Assembly (NCBI GenBank): GCA_017522345.1
Contig: JAFWZN010000049.1
Coordinates: forward strand, 7,274 to 71,273
DNA: 64,000 bases
Reading direction: 5' to 3'
DNA from: Clostridia bacterium
GTDB lineage: Bacteria; Bacillota; Clostridia; Christensenellales; Aristaeellaceae
The translations under genes and the position numbers were made by a program. Under the pieces are notes generated by a model that made no database searches, was not told the origin of the DNA, and worked only from the letters and a program-made list of their open reading frames with translations. Below, piece by piece: positions 49,496-58,895 of the stretch (the stretch's first letter is position 1; the number at the start of each line of letters is the position of its first letter).

Positions 49496-49524
49496 ATTAT
49501 AACGCAAGATACCGTATTTTGCAA
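49496..49524 (-). promoter_or_regulatory. near-consensus sigma-70-type promoter, minus strand, with no downstream CDS
   Basis: Minus strand reads TTGCAA, a 17 nt spacer, then TATAAT. The transcript would run toward the inverted repeat at 49286-49206. Confidence 0.55.
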
Positions 49525-49634
49525 GATGGAATGATGCACAAAGTTATAAATGTAATTTGTGTGTAAAGCGCAGAAAGTTCTTAACATTTATTGACGCGGG
49601 AAAAATTATGTGGTATAGTTATAATGTTGGGCAT

Positions 49635-49668
49635 AAAAATAAGGCGTTTCAAAGCGCCTTATTTTTTA
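49635..49668. terminator. terminator hairpin after the GH39 gene
   Basis: ataaggcg tttcaaag cgccttat flanked by A and T runs, about 20 nt beyond the GH39 stop. Confidence 0.75.
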
Positions 49669-49688
49669 TGCTTTTTTTGTTTGAATCC

Positions 49689-51170
49689 TTATTTGTTCAG
49701 ATACCAGCCGTAGTCGTAGCCGTTGTCATGGACTTCCTTTAAGGGGGAGAGGGCAAAATGGACGACCGCGTTTGCGCGAAGAAGGATGCAGGCCTCGTTT
49801 TCGACGATTTCGGTTTCGATCTTCGGGTTCGCCGCCTGCTTAAGATACATGGTCTGCGCTTTGGTGAGGGTTGCGGGCTCGCCCATGTCGTGCCAGATCT
49901 TTAGGGGATTGGTCGTTTCCTCATCTACGGTGCGGGTCATGAGCGTTTTTGCGCCTGCTTCGGGAAGGGAAAGGCGGATTTCCTTTTCTTCTCTCGAAAT
50001 GTTCCATAAAACGCCCTCGTATTTTCCCTCTTCTGTTTTCATGACGACGATGTTTTCGTCCTTATAAACGCAGTCGCCCTTCAGATTATTGAAGAAATGG
50101 AACGTCCACATGGTGGGCTTGGGAATAAGGCCGCCGGCAATCAGGCCGAAGCCGCCGTGGAAGGGGCGGGAGGGAACGCCCATTTCCTCGAACACGTCGC
50201 CGAAGGTCCAATAGGAATAGCTTCTGGCGACGTCGCCCAAGCACGCGAGCAGGCCTGCGATGTTGGCTGCGTTATAGTTGGTGTCGTGAATGGGGCAGAA
50301 GGGATTGTAGGAAGTGTTGAATTCGGTGATGTGCATATCCATTCCCTTAAACTCGGGGAAGCTGTCGATGATTTCGCGCGTGGTCTTCATTTCCTCATAG
50401 GTATAGGAAACTTCGCACATATCGTGATAGAGATATCTGCCTTTCCTTTCGGGGGTCTGTCCCATATAGGCGTGGCGGGTCACGAAATCAACGGGCACAT
50501 GGTTGTCGCGGCAGAAGGTCAGAAAATCCTTAACCCATTCCTGCGAGCCGCTTCCGCCGCAGATGGCCGGGCCGCCGACCTTCATTTTGGGAAGAACTTC
50601 CTTTACCGCCCGGGCGGACACTTCATAAAGGTGCAGATACTTTTCTTTATCTGCGTTTTCCCAGAAGCCGGGAAGGTTGGGCTCGTTCCATACCTCGCAC
50701 GGCCAGGTGGACACAAATTCCTTCCCGTAGCGGTCGGCAAGATGGATAAGGGTGGCTTTTATGAGATTGGCCCACTTTTCATGATCTGCCGGGGGCGTGG
50801 TGTTTCCCTTCCAATAGAAGAGGGTCTGTGTGCCGGAAGCCATTTTAGAGGGCATGAAGCCCAGCTCCAGAAACGGCGTCAGGCCGTTTTCAAGGTAGGA
50901 ATCCATCACGCGGTCGAGATAGGTGAAGCAGTAGGCGTCCACGAGATTTCCGTTTTCATCCGGATAGGGCTGATAGATCGCCATATCGTCGGAGAAAAGG
51001 CCGTGTCCTCTTATGTGCTTAAAGGATGCCAGCGACTGCGCCAGGCGCATTTCGTCCACATATTCCTTTTGAAGCGCAAGCCCCATGCGCCCTGTTCCAA
51101 TTAAAAAGTCTGCGTTGTTTATGAATTTGGCATGCATATCCCTGCTTATGGAAACGGTTTTTACGTTCAT
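49689..51170 (-). CDS. glycoside hydrolase family 39 (beta-xylosidase-like)
   Basis: CEVWNEPNL (acid/base NEP) and MHITEFNTSY (nucleophile Glu context). ATG at 51170 after GGGAGGAG. Confidence 0.85.
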   Translation of the reverse strand: MNVKTVSISRDMHAKFINNADFLIGTGRMGLALQKEYVDEMRLAQSLASFKHIRGHGLFSDDMAIYQPYPDENGNLVDAYCFTYLDRVMDSYLENGLTPFLELGFMPSKMASGTQTLFYWKGNTTPPADHEKWANLIKATLIHLADRYGKEFVSTWPCEVWNEPNLPGFWENADKEKYLHLYEVSARAVKEVLPKMKVGGPAICGGSGSQEWVKDFLTFCRDNHVPVDFVTRHAYMGQTPERKGRYLYHDMCEVSYTYEEMKTTREIIDSFPEFKGMDMHITEFNTSYNPFCPIHDTNYNAANIAGLLACLGDVARSYSYWTFGDVFEEMGVPSRPFHGGFGLIAGGLIPKPTMWTFHFFNNLKGDCVYKDENIVVMKTEEGKYEGVLWNISREEKEIRLSLPEAGAKTLMTRTVDEETTNPLKIWHDMGEPATLTKAQTMYLKQAANPKIETEIVENEACILLRANAVVHFALSPLKEVHDNGYDYGWYLNK

Positions 51171-51332
51171 GATGGTCTCCTCCCTGATGATTGCTCTATG
51201 CACAGATTGCTTGTTTTTACAAACGTTTATAGGATTACTTCGACGAAAAATGAAAACCTCCTTCTATTCAAGGTGCCTAAAGAAAAAAACAAAATAAAAA
51301 GCTTTTGATCACTAAAACGTTTTCTGAAAAGA

Positions 51333-51361
51333 TTGACAAGTTGCACGAAATGTATTAGAAT
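51333..51361 (+). promoter_or_regulatory. sigma-70-type promoter of the carbohydrate locus
   Basis: TTGACA, a 17 nt spacer, then TAGAAT, about 95 nt upstream of the first gene. Confidence 0.6.
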
Positions 51362-51456
51362 ATGTAAAAACATGTATACGAAAAAGATGTAGAGTCATTT
51401 TCAGGAAGGCCTGAGAGCATCAGAAACAGAAGTTGATCTAAGGGGCGTTGGCTATC

Positions 51457-54357
51457 ATGAGAAAATTTCGTAGTGTACTGATTGGACTTGTATGCGTGGC
51501 GGCCGTAATTGCGCTTGTTGTATTTTTAGACGCAGAGCCCGAAAACTTCCGCGCAAAATACGAGGGAACAGACCTTTCGCAAGACGTATCCGGCATAGGC
51601 AGAAGCGATACCTATGGCGGGTATTTGCGCGCCCATCAGAATGCGCCCAAGGCGGAAGAGGGCGCGAAAGTGGATGTTCTTTCCTTTGAAGGCAACGCCG
51701 AAATTCTGTCGGATGAGGATGGAAGCGAGTATGTATACACCTCCGATTCGTCCTACGTTACGTGGAAAGTCAATGTTGCTCAAAGCGGCATGTACAACAT
51801 CAGAATTGATTACATGGCCGGCGAAAGCCGAGGCGTCGACGTGGAGCGCGAGCTGTATATCAACGGCGAGCTTCCCTTTGCAGGCGCAGGTCAGCTGACC
51901 TTCAACCGTCTGTGGACGGACGCGGGCGAGGTTACGCAGGACAATCAGGGCAACGACATTCGTCCCTCCCAGAAGGAAGTTTTCGCTTGGCAGAAGGCGT
52001 TTTTGAAGGACGATATGGGCTATCAGATCGAGCCCTATCAGTTCTACCTTGAAAAAGGCGAAAACACCATTTCCTTAAAATCCGTAAACGAGCCTATGAA
52101 AATCCGCGCGATGGAGCTTCTGCCGGTTGCAGGGCAGATTACATATGAAGAATATCTGAGCGCGCAGCCTGAAGCCTCTATGTCCGAAGAAGCCAAGAAA
52201 TTCTCCGTGACCATTCAGGGCGAGGACGCGTATCTTCGTTCTTCTCCGTCCCTGTATGCACGATATGACCGCTCCTCCGCCGACACCAAGCCCTACAGCG
52301 TGAAAAACACCGTTCTGAACTACATCGGCGGCGACCCGTGGAGAACGGCCGGCCAGTGGATCGAATGGGAGTTTGAAGTGCCTGAGGATGGCTATTATGC
52401 CATTTCCGTCAAAGCCCGTCAGGCTTATCAGCGCGGTTCGGTTTCCGCCAGAAGCCTCTACATCGACGGAGAGATTCCGTTTGAAGAAGCAAGCATCATT
52501 TCCTTCGACTACGACACCTCTTGGGAACTGTACACCCTGTCCGACGAAAACGGAACGCCGTATAAATTCTATCTTGAAAAGGGCGCGCACACCATCCGTC
52601 TCGAAGCTACCCTCGGCGAGATGGGCACGATTTTAAGCCAGATTGAAGAAAGCATTTACAGGCTGAACCTGATTTACAGAAAAATTCTCGTTTTAACCGG
52701 CGTCAACCCCGACCGCTTCCGCGATTACAACCTCGCAAAGGTTTATCCGGACGTTCTGGAGGCGATGGATCTTGAAAGCAAGCGCCTTTACAAGCTTGTT
52801 GACGACTCGGTTGCAATCACCGGTCAGAAGAGCGACCGCGTAGCCGTTGCGCAGACGCTGGCCAATCAGCTTGAGAAATTCTGCTTGTACAACGAAAGAA
52901 TTACCAAGCAGTTCACAAACTTCAAGGACAATATCACTTCCTTGGGCACCGCGATGCAGAACATGTCCGAGTGCAAGCTGGACATCGATCTTCTGATTGT
53001 AAGCGGCGAAGATGCCAAGCTTCCCAAGGTACGCGACGGTTTTGTTGCAAAAGCCATCCACGAGATCCGCTCCTGCGTGATGAGCTTTTTTGTCGATTAT
53101 AACTCTCTGGGCAACAAGTACGAGGAGGGCGAGGAGGAGGATCTGATCGAGGTATGGATCGTCACCGGCCGCGACCAGTCCACCGTGCTCAAAACCATGA
53201 TCGACGACAACTTTACGCGTGATTACCATGTCAAGGTCAATGTAAAGCTCGTCGTTGCCGATACGCTTCTGACCGCTGTTGTCGCCGGAAACGGCCCGGA
53301 CGTCGTTTTGTCTCTGGGCAGCTGGTTCCCGGTCAACTACGCGATGCGAAACGCGGTTGAGGATCTGACGCAGTTTGAAGATTTTGACGAGATCATTAAG
53401 CCGTTCTATGAGAGCGCGATTCTCCCTGCCGAATACAACGGCGGCATTTACGCACTTCCCGAAACGCAGGAATTCTCCGTTCTCTTCTATAGAAAGGACG
53501 TTCTGGAGGAGCTTCAAGTGACCGCGCCCGACACGTGGGACGAGCTGATTGCGCTTCTTCCCACCATTCAGGGCAACAACATGTCCGTAGGCATTTCCTA
53601 TCCCGACATCGCGACGGTCGACCTTTCCATTCTGAACTCGCTGATTTACCAAAACGGCGGTCAAATTTACGACGAAGACGGAAAGAAGACCTTGATTGAC
53701 GAAGAGAGCGGCGTTACTGCCTTTAAGCTTTACACCTCCCTTTACAACGACTACGGCCTCCCGACCGTATTCGACTTTGTCAGCCGCTTCCGTTCAGGCG
53801 AAATGCCCATCGGCATCGCAAACTATTCCGTATACAATACGCTGGTTGTATCCGCGCCCGAAATCAGAAATCTTTGGGACTTCACGCTCTTCCCCGGCAC
53901 GATCAGAACCGATGAAAACGGCGAGGCGTACATCGACAGAAGCGTTCATTCGCAGGGCCTTAGCTGCATGATGATCGCAACCGACGATGAAAAGGTGAAA
54001 CAGAACGCGTGGAAATTCATGAAGTGGTGGGTGAACGCCGATACGCAGGCCCGCTTCGGCCGCGAGATCGAGTCCATTCTGGGCTCCTCCGCCCGCTACA
54101 CTACCGCCAACCGCGACGCGCTCAAGCAGCTTGCATGGTCGAAAGATGAGCTCAAGGTTCTTGAAGAGCAGATGGCTTCGACCGTCGGCTTCCGCGAAAT
54201 TGCCGGCGGCTATTCCACCACCCGTCACATGACCAATGCGATCCGCCGCGTTATCAATACAAAAGAAGACGCGCGCGAGACGCTGATCACCTATGCGCGA
54301 ACGATCAACGAAGAGATCCGTATCAAGCGCAAAGAGTTCGGCCTGCCGCTGGAATAA
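51457..54357 (+). CDS. 966 aa membrane-anchored protein: two CBM-like beta-sandwich repeats plus a family-1 sugar ABC substrate-binding domain
   Basis: N-terminal TM VLIGLVCVAAVIALVVFL. Internal repeat (W.V.V..SG.Y.I...; R.LYI.GE.PF; Y.FYLEKG..TI.L) seen twice. The C-terminal ~430 aa resemble an extracellular solute-binding protein. Confidence 0.75.
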   Translation: MRKFRSVLIGLVCVAAVIALVVFLDAEPENFRAKYEGTDLSQDVSGIGRSDTYGGYLRAHQNAPKAEEGAKVDVLSFEGNAEILSDEDGSEYVYTSDSSYVTWKVNVAQSGMYNIRIDYMAGESRGVDVERELYINGELPFAGAGQLTFNRLWTDAGEVTQDNQGNDIRPSQKEVFAWQKAFLKDDMGYQIEPYQFYLEKGENTISLKSVNEPMKIRAMELLPVAGQITYEEYLSAQPEASMSEEAKKFSVTIQGEDAYLRSSPSLYARYDRSSADTKPYSVKNTVLNYIGGDPWRTAGQWIEWEFEVPEDGYYAISVKARQAYQRGSVSARSLYIDGEIPFEEASIISFDYDTSWELYTLSDENGTPYKFYLEKGAHTIRLEATLGEMGTILSQIEESIYRLNLIYRKILVLTGVNPDRFRDYNLAKVYPDVLEAMDLESKRLYKLVDDSVAITGQKSDRVAVAQTLANQLEKFCLYNERITKQFTNFKDNITSLGTAMQNMSECKLDIDLLIVSGEDAKLPKVRDGFVAKAIHEIRSCVMSFFVDYNSLGNKYEEGEEEDLIEVWIVTGRDQSTVLKTMIDDNFTRDYHVKVNVKLVVADTLLTAVVAGNGPDVVLSLGSWFPVNYAMRNAVEDLTQFEDFDEIIKPFYESAILPAEYNGGIYALPETQEFSVLFYRKDVLEELQVTAPDTWDELIALLPTIQGNNMSVGISYPDIATVDLSILNSLIYQNGGQIYDEDGKKTLIDEESGVTAFKLYTSLYNDYGLPTVFDFVSRFRSGEMPIGIANYSVYNTLVVSAPEIRNLWDFTLFPGTIRTDENGEAYIDRSVHSQGLSCMMIATDDEKVKQNAWKFMKWWVNADTQARFGREIESILGSSARYTTANRDALKQLAWSKDELKVLEEQMASTVGFREIAGGYSTTRHMTNAIRRVINTKEDARETLITYARTINEEIRIKRKEFGLPLE

Positions 54358-54379
54358 TCATGAAGGGAGATGAGGTAAG

Positions 54380-55318
54380 TTGAAATCATTTCTGAAAACC
54401 TATGTAGAGATGAAGCGCGAGACCATTAAGTATAATTTCGCCAAGGCCAAGCGCATGAAAATTTGCTACCTGTTCCTTCTGCCCTATGCTGTTTTGTTCA
54501 CGACCTTCTTCATTCTTCCCATCTGCACATCGATTTACTATTCTTTCACGCAGTATAACATCCTTGAAAAGCCTCAGTTTGTCGGCTTTCAGAACTACAT
54601 TAACTTAGTGCTTCAGGATGAAGTGTTCCTGACCTCCGTCAAGAATACGCTGGTGATTGCGGTAATCACAGGTCCCATCGGCTACATTCTGTCGTTCCTG
54701 TTTGCATGGTTCATCAACGAGCTTCCCAAGTGGATTCGCGCCATTGCGGTCGTTGTGTTCTACGCTCCGTCCATCGCAGGAAATGTGTACTTCATCTTCT
54801 CTATCATCTTCCGCGGCGATATTTACGGATATCTGAACTCATTTCTGGTTGATTTCGGTCTGATCAACGCGCCGATTCTGTGGCTGACCGATCCCAACTA
54901 CATGCTTACCGTTATCATCATTGTTATCCTGTGGATGAGCATGGGCACAGGCTTCTTATCCTTCGTTGCCGGTCTTCAGGGCGTTGACCGCGCGATGTAC
55001 GAGGCCGGTTATGTTGACGGCATCAAAAACCGCTGGCAGGAGCTTTGGTACATCACCCTCCCGTCCATGAAGCCCATGCTTCTGTTCGGCGCGGTTATGA
55101 GTATCACCTCCGCTTTCAACGTCTGCGACGTGCCCAGAGCTTTGGCAGGCTATCCGTCTACGGACTATGCCGCCAGAACCATCGTCACGCACCTGTTCGA
55201 CTACGGTTTCTCCCGCTTTGAAATGGGTTATGCGTCGGCCATTGCCACAGTATTGTTCTTAGTCATGATTTTGTGCAACAAGGCCATTCAGTCTATGCTT
55301 AGGAAGGTGGGCTCTTAA
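54380..55318 (+). CDS. sugar ABC transporter permease (MalF/CUT1 type)
   Basis: Six TM segments and an EAA-like loop YEAGYVDGIKNRWQELWYITLP. TTG start after GGGAGATGAGG. Confidence 0.88.
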   Translation: MKSFLKTYVEMKRETIKYNFAKAKRMKICYLFLLPYAVLFTTFFILPICTSIYYSFTQYNILEKPQFVGFQNYINLVLQDEVFLTSVKNTLVIAVITGPIGYILSFLFAWFINELPKWIRAIAVVVFYAPSIAGNVYFIFSIIFRGDIYGYLNSFLVDFGLINAPILWLTDPNYMLTVIIIVILWMSMGTGFLSFVAGLQGVDRAMYEAGYVDGIKNRWQELWYITLPSMKPMLLFGAVMSITSAFNVCDVPRALAGYPSTDYAARTIVTHLFDYGFSRFEMGYASAIATVLFLVMILCNKAIQSMLRKVGS

Positions 55319-56688
55319 TGGAAAATAAGAATATTCCCGTAAAGCCCGCCAAGAAAACGCGCGGCGATATTCTGCATGAGCGCATGGTGCTTCTGGGTGA
55401 GATTAAGGAAGAAAAGAAGTTTGACAAAAAGAAGTTTTTCTTAACCTCTCTTATTATACTTTGCGTTATGATTGCGGCGATTGTCGTTCTTCAGTACAGG
55501 CTGAATACGATTGCGGCCTATGAAGACGCGCTTTATGCCCAGCAGGCAGCTGCTGAGATTGTCGCGGATGAAAACGCCGCCACGGTTTCAGAGGCAACAG
55601 TTGCTGAAGCGGCCGCCGCAGTCGAAGCAGCCACCGAGATGGAAGCGGCCGCCGCGGTCGAAGCGGCCACTGAGGTGGAAGCGACCACCGAGGCAGAAGC
55701 GACCACCGAGACAGAAGCGGTCGGTGAGATCAAGAAACCGCAGGATTATACCTTTGCGCCGTTCTATCGCGCGGGCAAGCTTCTTCTGATCGTTGGCGCA
55801 TGTGCGTATGGCTTCTATGTCGTCATCCGCCTGCTTGCACCCAAGCGCAGAAAGCCCAACCGCAGCGTATGGGGCGACTTTGGAATTTACTTCATGCTGC
55901 TTTGCGTAGCGATTCTCATGATTTTCCCGCTGGTATTCTCCGTCAGCGCGTCGCTCAAGCCCTTGGACGAATTGTTCCGCTTCCCGCCGACGGTGTTCCC
56001 GCGCCAGCCCACTATGGATAACTTCTCCGACCTCTTCGTCACCTTGAGCCAGAGCTTCGTGCCCTTCTCGAGGTATCTGGTCAACACGGTATTTCTCACC
56101 TTCATCGGAACCATGGGTCATGTGCTCATCGCTTCCATGGCGGCGTTCGTGCTTGCGAAGTATGATTTCCCTGGCGGAAAGACGTTTTTCTCCATTGTCG
56201 TTACCGCGCTCATGTTCTCGGGCTACGTAACCGGCATTCCGAACTATGTCATTATGTCGAAGCTTCGCATGATCGACACCTACTGGGCGATCATTCTTCC
56301 CGCGTTTGCCGCGCCGATCGGCCTTTTCCTCATGAAGCAGTTCATGGAAGGCCTGCCGACCTCGCTTATTGAAGCTGCGCACCTTGACGGCGCGGGCGAG
56401 ATGAGAATTTTCTGGTCGATCGTAATGCCCAACGTAAAACCCGCATGGCTCACCATCATCATTTTCTCCGTGCAGAGCCTGTGGAACACCAATGCCTCCA
56501 CGGTTATCTACTCCGAAGCCAAGAAAACGCTGGTCTATGCGCTTCAGCAGATTCAGGCCGGCGGTATCGCCCGTACGGGTCAGGCTGCTGCGGTAACGGT
56601 AATCGTAATGCTGGTTCCGATTACGATCTTTATCCTTTCCCAGAGCCGCATCCTTGAAACGATGGCAAGCTCTGGTCTTAAGGATTAA
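55318..56688 (+). CDS. sugar ABC transporter permease (MalG/CUT1 type) with ~165 aa N-terminal extension
   Basis: EAA loop IEAAHLDGAGEMRIFWSIVMP. An extra N-terminal TM plus an Ala/Glu/Thr-rich tandem repeat. TAATG overlap with the previous gene. Confidence 0.88.
   Translation: MENKNIPVKPAKKTRGDILHERMVLLGEIKEEKKFDKKKFFLTSLIILCVMIAAIVVLQYRLNTIAAYEDALYAQQAAAEIVADENAATVSEATVAEAAAAVEAATEMEAAAAVEAATEVEATTEAEATTETEAVGEIKKPQDYTFAPFYRAGKLLLIVGACAYGFYVVIRLLAPKRRKPNRSVWGDFGIYFMLLCVAILMIFPLVFSVSASLKPLDELFRFPPTVFPRQPTMDNFSDLFVTLSQSFVPFSRYLVNTVFLTFIGTMGHVLIASMAAFVLAKYDFPGGKTFFSIVVTALMFSGYVTGIPNYVIMSKLRMIDTYWAIILPAFAAPIGLFLMKQFMEGLPTSLIEAAHLDGAGEMRIFWSIVMPNVKPAWLTIIIFSVQSLWNTNASTVIYSEAKKTLVYALQQIQAGGIARTGQAAAVTVIVMLVPITIFILSQSRILETMASSGLKD
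55606..55731 (+). repeat. in-frame tandem repeat (2 x 36 nt, then 3 x 18 nt) inside the permease gene
   Basis: gaagcggccgccgc(a/g)gtcgaagc(a/g)gccac(c/t)gag(a/g)tg twice, then gaagcgaccaccgag(g/a)ca twice and gaagcggtcggtgagatc. It encodes EAAAAVEAATEM/V and EATTEA/T. Confidence 0.9.
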
Positions 56689-56728
56689 GCGTGACGGAAG
56701 CCGGAATTTTAACAGGGGGGATTTGACG

Positions 56729-58237
56729 GTGAAATCATTTACAAGGGTAATGACCATGATCCTTGCAATCGTTACGCTTGTTTCTTCAATCCAGGCGTTT
56801 GCAAGCGAGGACGGTAATTTTACCAATTATACCTATAACTACGATTACTGGCAGGATGAAATCGAAATGCCCGACGCGTACCGCGTGGAGCAGGTCGTCT
56901 ATTCCGGTACGCTGGGTCTTGAAACGCCCATGAACAAGCCGCAGAGCCTGTATATCCGGGGCAATCGCGTCTATGTTGCCGATACCGGCAATAACCGGGT
57001 GCTTGAGATCGAGCGTCAGGGCAATCAGTTTAAGCTTTTACAGATCATCGACAAGATCAAGGGCGCTCAGCCTGAAACCCTTTCTTCGCCCAGCGATATG
57101 TTCGTTGACGAAGCGGGCAACATTTACATCGCAGACACCAATAACCAGCGCATCATCAAGGCTGACAAGGACTTGAATTTCGTCATGAGCTTTGTCAAAC
57201 CCACAGATCCCACCTTTGGCGAAGGCGATTTCCTGCCTGCGCGCATGGTTGTCGACGTGTCCGGCCGCGTGTATGCGCTTGCCACCAACATCAATAAGGG
57301 CTTGATCAAGTATGAGGCCGACGGCATTTTTGCCGGATTCATTGGCGCAAACCCCGTAACGTACACGATGTTTGAATACATCTGGAAAACATTTTTCACC
57401 TCCAAGGCGCAAAGAGCCCAGCAGGCCGCCTTTGTACCGACTGAGTATTCCAACATCGCCATTGATGAGGAAGGCTTCATCTATGCGACCAACGCCGTGT
57501 TCTCCGAATACGACCTCCTTTGGGACAACGCCAAGCCCATCCGCCGTTTGAACAGCATCGGAAACGATATTCTGGTCAAAAACGGCTGGCTGCCCCCGAT
57601 CGGCGACATCTATTGGGAGGAGCAATCCATCGAACACGGCCCCAGCAAGTTCAAAGACATCACCGTTCTTGAAAACGACATCTATGTCGCCTTTGACCGC
57701 ACCCGCGGCCGCCTGTTCGGCTATGACAGTCAGGGCATTCTTTTGTGGGCATTCGGAAACAAGGGCAACACCGAAGGCACGTTTAACGGCGCAGTTTCCA
57801 TTGAGCATATGGGAAACGATTTGTATTGTCTGGATGAACTTGGCTGTACGATTACTGTTTTCAGACCTACGGATTACGGCAATCTGATCTTTGAGGCTTC
57901 CGACCAGTATCTGAAGGGCGACTACGATGCGTCCGCTGATACCTGGAGAGAGGTATTAAAGCTTAACGCCAACTACAATCTCGCTTTCATCGGAATCGGA
58001 CGCGCGCTGATGCGACAGGAAAATTTCGAAGAAGCCATGAAGTACTTCAGGATGGCGTATGATCAGGAGAACTATGGCAGAGCCTATCGCTACTTCCGCA
58101 AGGAACGAATCGAAGAGAACATCGGATGGATCGTTGCGATTGCAGTTGTTCTGATTGCAGTGATTCTGATTCTGAGGGTAATACGGAAAATGAAGTGGGA
58201 GGTGCAGGAATATGAGAGCAAGCGGAAAGCCCGCTAA
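56729..58237 (+). CDS. NHL-repeat six-bladed beta-propeller protein with TPR-like segment and C-terminal TM anchor
   Basis: Signal peptide, then about six NHL-like blades (VYVADTGNNRVLEI, IYIADTNNQRIIKAD, ...). A TPR-like YLKGDYDASADTWREVLKLNANY..., then TM WIVAIAVVLIAVILIL. GTG at 56729 after GGGGGG; the start is uncertain. Confidence 0.75.
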   Translation: MKSFTRVMTMILAIVTLVSSIQAFASEDGNFTNYTYNYDYWQDEIEMPDAYRVEQVVYSGTLGLETPMNKPQSLYIRGNRVYVADTGNNRVLEIERQGNQFKLLQIIDKIKGAQPETLSSPSDMFVDEAGNIYIADTNNQRIIKADKDLNFVMSFVKPTDPTFGEGDFLPARMVVDVSGRVYALATNINKGLIKYEADGIFAGFIGANPVTYTMFEYIWKTFFTSKAQRAQQAAFVPTEYSNIAIDEEGFIYATNAVFSEYDLLWDNAKPIRRLNSIGNDILVKNGWLPPIGDIYWEEQSIEHGPSKFKDITVLENDIYVAFDRTRGRLFGYDSQGILLWAFGNKGNTEGTFNGAVSIEHMGNDLYCLDELGCTITVFRPTDYGNLIFEASDQYLKGDYDASADTWREVLKLNANYNLAFIGIGRALMRQENFEEAMKYFRMAYDQENYGRAYRYFRKERIEENIGWIVAIAVVLIAVILILRVIRKMKWEVQEYESKRKAR

Positions 58238-58880
58238 GGGTGAAACGCGCTTTCAGCGATACATCGCATCCGTAAAGTACGCAAAGCACGTCATATTCCA
58301 TCCCTTCGACGGTTTCTGGGATCTGGTACATGAAAAGAGAGGATCCATCGGCGCCGCGCATACGTTTCTTGCGCTTTTCCTTCTTGCCTATGTTCTGAGG
58401 CTCATGTACACGAACTTTCAGTTCATGACCGCGCCTCTTCAGTACATCAATATCTATGAACAGTGCGCCTCTCTCCTTCTCCCGTTTTTGATTATCTGTA
58501 TTTCAAACTGGGCGCTTTCCACGCTTTTTGACGGAAAAGGCTATTTCAAGGATATCTACATGGCGCTGTGCTATGCGCTGGTGCCGTATTTTCTGATTCA
58601 GCTGCCGCTGGTTGCCATCAGCCACTTTATCTCTTTTGACGAAGTTGCTTATTACAACGTGCTTGCCGGCATTTCCGTTATCTGGCCCGTGTTCCTTGTG
58701 TTCGTAGCGCTTATGCAGGTGCATGATTACACCCCCGGAAAAGCGTTTATTTTCCTGTTCGTCACGATTTTCGGCGCGCTTGTAATTTTGTTCCTCATTT
58801 TGGTATTTTTCAGCCTTTTAAGTGATGCGGCGGCATACTTTGTATCGCTGTATCGTGAGATTGTCTTCAGACTTCACTAA
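58212..58880 (+). CDS. Yip1-like polytopic membrane protein
   Basis: Five TM segments after HPFDGFWDL..., reminiscent of bacterial YIP1 family proteins. RBS GGAGGTG. Overlaps the previous gene by 26 nt. Confidence 0.65.
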   Translation: MRASGKPAKGETRFQRYIASVKYAKHVIFHPFDGFWDLVHEKRGSIGAAHTFLALFLLAYVLRLMYTNFQFMTAPLQYINIYEQCASLLLPFLIICISNWALSTLFDGKGYFKDIYMALCYALVPYFLIQLPLVAISHFISFDEVAYYNVLAGISVIWPVFLVFVALMQVHDYTPGKAFIFLFVTIFGALVILFLILVFFSLLSDAAAYFVSLYREIVFRLH

Positions 58881-58895
58881 GGAGGTGGTTAAGCG

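Noticed and set aside
49216-49742. Small ORFs 49216-49407 (63 aa) and 49557-49742 (61 aa) in the ORF-free gap
   Set aside because: Neither has a ribosome-binding site. Both are Phe/Ser/Leu-rich translations of AT-rich DNA. The second runs through the GH39 terminator into the GH39 gene.
55606-55731. Tandem repeats considered as a CRISPR or intergenic VNTR
   Set aside because: The units are directly adjacent with no spacers, and they sit in frame inside a permease gene. This is a coding low-complexity repeat.
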